A DNA stretch of 64,000 nt, from NCBI GenBank assembly GCA_008632985.1, contig QPGO01000075.1, forward strand, positions 64,517 to 128,516, in the 5' to 3' direction. The number at the start of each line of letters is the position of its first letter. Positions within the stretch are counted from its first letter, which is position 1. The position numbers and the translations under genes are program-made. Shown in pieces: positions 58,881-64,000 of this stretch. This stretch comes from Psammoneis japonica (Eukaryota). Under the pieces are notes generated by a model. The model did no database searches, was not told where the DNA came from, and saw nothing but the letters and a program-made list of their open reading frames with translations.

Positions 58881-59933
58881 CTATTCCTTCTTTGACTTGT
58901 TGTTGTTTTGTTCTTGTAGTTTGTCATTGTGACACTTCCGAATAATGCGTTCAAAGTCTTTTAGATAAAATAGTGAAACAAACCTCAAAATTCCCATGAG
59001 AAACACTTGGCAGGTGGCGTTCACCAGTGATGATACGGGGCTCATTCCAGCCGTGAGTGTGGAAAGCATCCATCCCTCCAAACCAAAGTATACCGCAAAG
59101 GGCGGATTCTTGGACAAGGCCGCCTTGACGATGGACTTGGCAACAACGTCAGCACTAAACAGGCCGGCCGTTTCCGACAATAGCTTGGTTTCGAGTGGCT
59201 TGCCCTCTAGTTCCAATTGAAATCCCGGTGTTTGCGTATCGGGTGGGTAAGCAACCGTAACGCTAATGTCGTGGGGATGCAATTCCGATTGTAAGCACTG
59301 TGATAGTGAAATCAAGGCAGCCTTGGTGGGTGAATATGCTGAAAGTCCAAAAATACCGCATTGACCCGCCATGGATGACACAAAGACAATACTGCCGCCA
59401 GACGATGCCTGTATCATGGCTGGTACAAGAGCTTTTGTAACATAGACGGCTCCCAGATAATTCAGTTTCATGAGGTTTTCAAAATCGGAAATGGGTGCAT
59501 CGACAAAAGTATTTGGAATGGAGGTACCGGCATTGTTGAATAGTAGCGTCGGCGGTCCGTGTTGTTTTACCAATTGATCTAGCTCCGATTCCACTTTTTT
59601 CGAATCCGTCACATCCAACGAAACAATATGAATCATGGCGTTGGGAAAAGTTGATAGCAATTCTTGTTTGGCTTTATTCAGCTTGTCCATATTACGTGCA
59701 ATCAGTGTGACTTGTTCTACGCCTTGCTTGAGACACTCGTTCGCCAAGCCGAGTCCAATTCCTGAGCTACCACCTGTGATGAGTGCATGTTGTTTCTTTT
59801 TCTTTGTTTTGCTCGAGCTCTTGGGAAGCAGTACATAGCTAATTAGTACAACGCTGAAACAAATAAACAACGAACCAACCGCAACGGGGTGGCTCTTGCT
59901 GAACGACAACAACAAGGAGAGAGCGTCGCCCAT
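58881..59933 (-). CDS. KDSR: 3-ketodihydrosphingosine reductase (SDR family)
   Basis: N-terminal TM, ITGGSSGIG, NNAG, YSPTK, AYPPDTQTPGF and GWMLSTLTAGMSP motifs. Confidence 0.9.
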   Translation of the reverse strand: MGDALSLLLSFSKSHPVAVGSLFICFSVVLISYVLLPKSSSKTKKKKQHALITGGSSGIGLGLANECLKQGVEQVTLIARNMDKLNKAKQELLSTFPNAMIHIVSLDVTDSKKVESELDQLVKQHGPPTLLFNNAGTSIPNTFVDAPISDFENLMKLNYLGAVYVTKALVPAMIQASSGGSIVFVSSMAGQCGIFGLSAYSPTKAALISLSQCLQSELHPHDISVTVAYPPDTQTPGFQLELEGKPLETKLLSETAGLFSADVVAKSIVKAALSKNPPFAVYFGLEGWMLSTLTAGMSPVSSLVNATCQVFLMGILRFVSLFYLKDFERIIRKCHNDKLQEQNNNKSKKE

Positions 59934-60230
59934 TATGTTACGGTATGGTACGGCATTGTGTCGGAGGGAATTTTTCTTGTCGGAGGCAAGTGCTCTGCGC
60001 TGGTATATTTTTACATAGATTCTACATACGAAGCATCCTCTTTGGTTTCTCAGTACTGCGACGTCAGCGGACCTCGCACACGCGCGCGCCAGATTTTTGT
60101 TATTCATTTTATATATCCACGTAGATAAGGATTGACAGCGACAAAAAGTCTCACAGAACACCGCTCTGATGTTACAGCGTGTTGTTTGCTTCACCATGAG
60201 CTACTTACTACTAATCGGTGTTTTGTTACA

Positions 60231-63200
60231 ATGGTGAAACAACAGCTCCATCATCATGGACCTGGGTTTCTTGTATTTGAAGGCGAAGTAGCGTCGCTAA
60301 GCTCAGATCAGTGGCTGAAGCGATACCAGTCCAAGACCGCGACGACTCCTCTGTCTCCGTCTCAGCCACAACCCACTGCAGCAGCTTTTGCAAAGCCTGC
60401 AAACCCAAAGCAGAGCAAAAGGTTATGCACATTTCAAAGAAAAAAGCCATCCCAAAGTCAAAGTCCAAGCGTCAAGCCAAGGCTCGTGTCAACTCAAAAC
60501 CCAATAAATCAGTCCCTACGCGCATAAAACAATCTCCACCTATTCCGCTTCGCAGACCATCTGCACGTGTTCGAGTTGCAACCAACTTTTTCATTCCAGG
60601 CATTTCGACACAAATTCACGACGATGTGCCTTTTGTCTATACTCAAGCAAACGAACCAGTGTATCAGCCTCAAGAAGATGCATTGTCTGAAAAGGAAGCC
60701 CAGCCCGTCCATGAAGGATCTGTCGCGAAGCCCATAGGCACAGAGGCGGAGGGTAATGTCATAACTTTTGCGGACGACAAGGCCAAAAGTCACGAGGAAC
60801 AATCATTTTCCGTCGAGAAAAATGCAGTTTGCATCGCTCAGCGTGATGCAGAATCCGTCTCAGAGCCAATACGACAAGTGAAGGCGGGCGGAACAGAGAC
60901 TGCAGAAACCACACGAACTAATCACATCGAGAATTCTATATCCGAGCCCATTACAAAGACAGCGACACAAAAACGCTGGATGCGACTGAATCGATTGAAT
61001 CGTCAGTAGCAAAGCCAGCAGCACAAGACGAGACGGATTCAGTCGATAAAAGCGCCGAGAATTTAGTCGGAAATACAGAGCCTTGCAAGTCGAATGCGCG
61101 GAGAATCGCGAGAATATAGTTGCATCTCCACCAAATATATCAGCCGTAGCCCCTGTACAAGAAGCCTCAGTAACTATCGCCTTGCAGCAAGTCCAGAAAA
61201 AACCTGTCAAACAGAGGAAAAAGCGTCGAATCCGTGTGATCCCTGCGGCTCTTCGACCGAAGCCTGCGCCCATAATTACACAACAGGATTGCCTTGGAAT
61301 CGATTGTACCCCTAGCAAGTCGCAATCAATGCATGCAGTTGAACCGGAATACTGATGATGGCTGCAAGAAAGTGGTGGATGATTCAAGTGATTTGCCAGA
61401 CATTCATAATGACAATGTCGATGCGCCACATGCACGCAAGAAGCGGCGACGTCATCTTGACACGACCGCATCGTCCCCAAGCGTATTGGCCGCCTTGCCA
61501 TTTCCAGAACCCAACAAGGTCGATACGAGTATTATCAAGGTATCACCCATTGTGCAGCAAAAGCCAAACGAGGACGGCGCCCAAGAAGAGCAGTGTCGCA
61601 ACGAGCTCGGAAGCAAATAGACAGTCCTTGAACGAGTCAACAAGTGGGAAGCGCAAGAGAGGCCGACCACCAAAGAGCAAGGATGACACCATTGCAGAGC
61701 CAAAGCGTAAACGAGGGAGGCCGCGCAAAGTAGAGAATACTGACAGCAAGGATGACGCCGTTGCACAGCCAAAGCGTAAACCAGGGAGACCGCGCAAGGT
61801 GCAGAATACAGACAGCAAGGATGACGCCATTGCGCAGCCAAAGCGTAAACCAGGGAGACCGCGCAAGGTGCAGAATACAGACAGCAAGGATGACGCCATT
61901 GTGCAGCCAAAGCGTAAACCAGGGAGGCCGCGCAAGGTAGAGAATACAGAGAGCAAGGATGACGCCATTGCACAGCCAAAGCGTAAACGAGGGAGGCCAC
62001 GCAAGGTACAAGATACAGAGGGCAAGGATGACGCCATTCCGCAGCCAAAGCGTAAACGAGGGAGACCGCGCAAGGTACAAGATACAGAGGGCAAGGATGA
62101 CGCCATTGCGCAGCCAAAGTGTAAACAGGAGGCCGCGCAAGGTACAGAATGCAGAACAGCAGCAAAACCACCCGACGACGCAATTGACGGAGAAGCAGCA
62201 TATGGATAATCAAGTACATAAGCATGAGATCCCGCACGGTCTCCGCGGAGCAGGCATTGGAAGCAGTAGAATCACCGACGAGCAAGAAGTCTGCTCAATA
62301 TCAAAGTATCCTCGGGAAGGAATCGCCAATGCATCTGAATTGGGCGGGAGCAGCGCAAGATGCCAAACCAACTTTCGGAGCGCAACAAACGTCCAGATTG
62401 TACATTATCTAGAAACGAGGCCGAAACGAGGAAGACCGCCAAAGAGTAAGGCTAATGAGACCGAACAGCTTTGGACCGAGAAAAAGACAGCCGGAACCGC
62501 TGGCTCGTCAGAAGAGGACGCGTCACGAAGGCCAGATGGTGCTGTCGATGTTGACCCGAAACCGAAACGAGGGCGGCCACCAAAGAATAAGAATATCGTA
62601 CCAAAGAAGAGTGGTCCAGTGCAAGGTTCATCCGGAAGTACAGGCAAGCCACAGGAGGAATGGGCGCAGAATGCCGTTAGCAAGCCAAAGCGGGGACGAC
62701 CTCGCAAGAAGGCAAATGCTGATTTAGAGACTGAAACAACCGTAGACCATGTGCATACGGAAGGAGCTGTTACCAAAGTTATCCCCAAGCTAAGAAGAGG
62801 GCGGCCACCAAAGCAGAAATCCACGGAGGGATTTGCTCTGAAGGCAGCTACCGGACAAAGGTGCGAGCCAGATGAGAAACTCACACAAGTTAGCAAGCCA
62901 ACGCGGGGACGGCCTCGCAAGGAGGCGAATGCTGGTTTAGAGACTGAAACAATCGTGGACGATGTGCATATGGAAGGAGCTGTTACCAAAGTTACCCCCA
63001 ATCCAAGAAGAGGGCGGCCACCAAAGCAAAAGTGCACAGATGGCATTGCTCTGCAGGCATCTACCGGACAAAGGTGCGAGCCGGATGAGAAACTCACACA
63101 AAATACCGCCAGCAAGCAGAAGATGGGAGCACCCCGCAAGAAGTTGAACGCTGATATCGATAGTAATGAAGTGGGAGACGAGGAGAAAACGCAACAGAAA

Positions 63201-64000
63201 GAAAGTGCGGACAATTCAATCCCGATGCGAAAGAGAGGCGTCCGCCAAAGGATAAGAATATCGCACCGACAGAGGGCGTTTCTTTGTGGGATGCTGCGGG
63301 ACGCACTTTCAAGTCAGTCACGAAAGGCGCCGAAACTGCGCAAAGCACCGCTTGCAAGCCAAAGAGAGGGCGACCAAGCAAGAAGTGGGGTGCTGATGCC
63401 GCCATCAGTTCACAACTTAAGCCGAGAAGAGGGCGGCCGCCAAAGAATAAGAGTGCCCCATTGAACGAGGGTCCTCCACTGCAAGAAGCTATGGTGTACT
63501 TGCCTTAAGTCAGAAGAGAAAGGTTCGCAAAGTAGCGGTGTCAAACGAAAGAGGGGGAGACCTCGCAAATCGCGAATAGTGTCGGGACTGCATCGATGCC
63601 ACACGATTGCACGTTCGAAGAGGATAGAACACAAATGGACGGAGCTATCGTCAGCCTACAACCGAATCCGAGACGAGGGCGACCACCCAAAAATAAGAAC
63701 GCTGCGCCGGGGACACAAGGAACGAAAACTACTGTCGATTTAAACTCTAAGCCGAGAAGAGGGCGACCACCAAAAAACAAAAACACGCGTGAAGGAGGAT
63801 TATTCTTTGCAGGATGCTACGAGACGTCCTTCTTGCACGCTAGTCGAGAAAGATTCGCAAAGCACCGGCAGCAAGCCTAAGAGGGGGCGACCTCGCAAGA
63901 AGGTAAATGTGATTGCCCAAGTTAAACCAGTGGGAGACGATTGCATACCAGTTATGAGATAGCGCAGAGGGAAGAATTCGCAGTCAATCTTAAGCCGAAA
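60231..64000 (+). CDS. Very large multi-AT-hook protein, broken by many apparent frameshifts; continues beyond the window
   Basis: About 20 or more (K/R)RGRP(R/P)K-type motifs across successive + frames. Confidence 0.7.
61675..62150 (+). repeat. 60-bp coding tandem repeat (about 8 copies), one AT-hook per unit
   Basis: GCAAGGATGACGCCATTGCRCAGCCAAAGCGTAAAC(C/G)AGGGAG(A/G)CCGCGCAAGGT...; encodes SKDDAIAQPKRK(R/P)GRPRKV(E/Q)NT. Confidence 0.95.

Overview
Eukaryotic genomic DNA, most consistent with a pennate diatom or related stramenopile (short GT-AG introns, signal peptide + 'A-F' plastid presequences, RXL-containing secreted proteins). About 20 ordinary host genes are present: telobox-Myb, DedA/VTT, YeeE/YedE, UvrD/PcrA, HAT/TPR, UBA, S28 peptidase, DBP7, VOC, ABHD11, sulfotransferase-like, SBP2, PPR, KDSR and a multi-AT-hook protein. 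They alternate with sharply bounded blocks (1-2620, the interior of 32029-36311, about 39250-50880, and small patches at about 6080-6350 and 17480-17800) in which TpA is almost absent and has been converted to TpG/CpA. The few surviving TpA sit mostly in YTAR context. In-window repeat pairs, a nearly Tyr-free but still open DD38E transposase and a decayed OSCA/TMEM63 gene point to a targeted A:T>G:C hypermutation at TAY/RTA, the opposite direction to fungal RIP, which appears to run ahead of CpG decay. This is the main candidate for an undescribed system. Other notable items are a multi-ORF IS630/Tc1 element with 30-bp TIRs and a TA target duplication, an SBP2 carrying four UHM/RRM-like repeats, a head-to-head pair of RXL-processed secreted proteins, and a recurrent intergenic TACCGGTA/CTAG motif. 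All counts are manual and no database searches were run.
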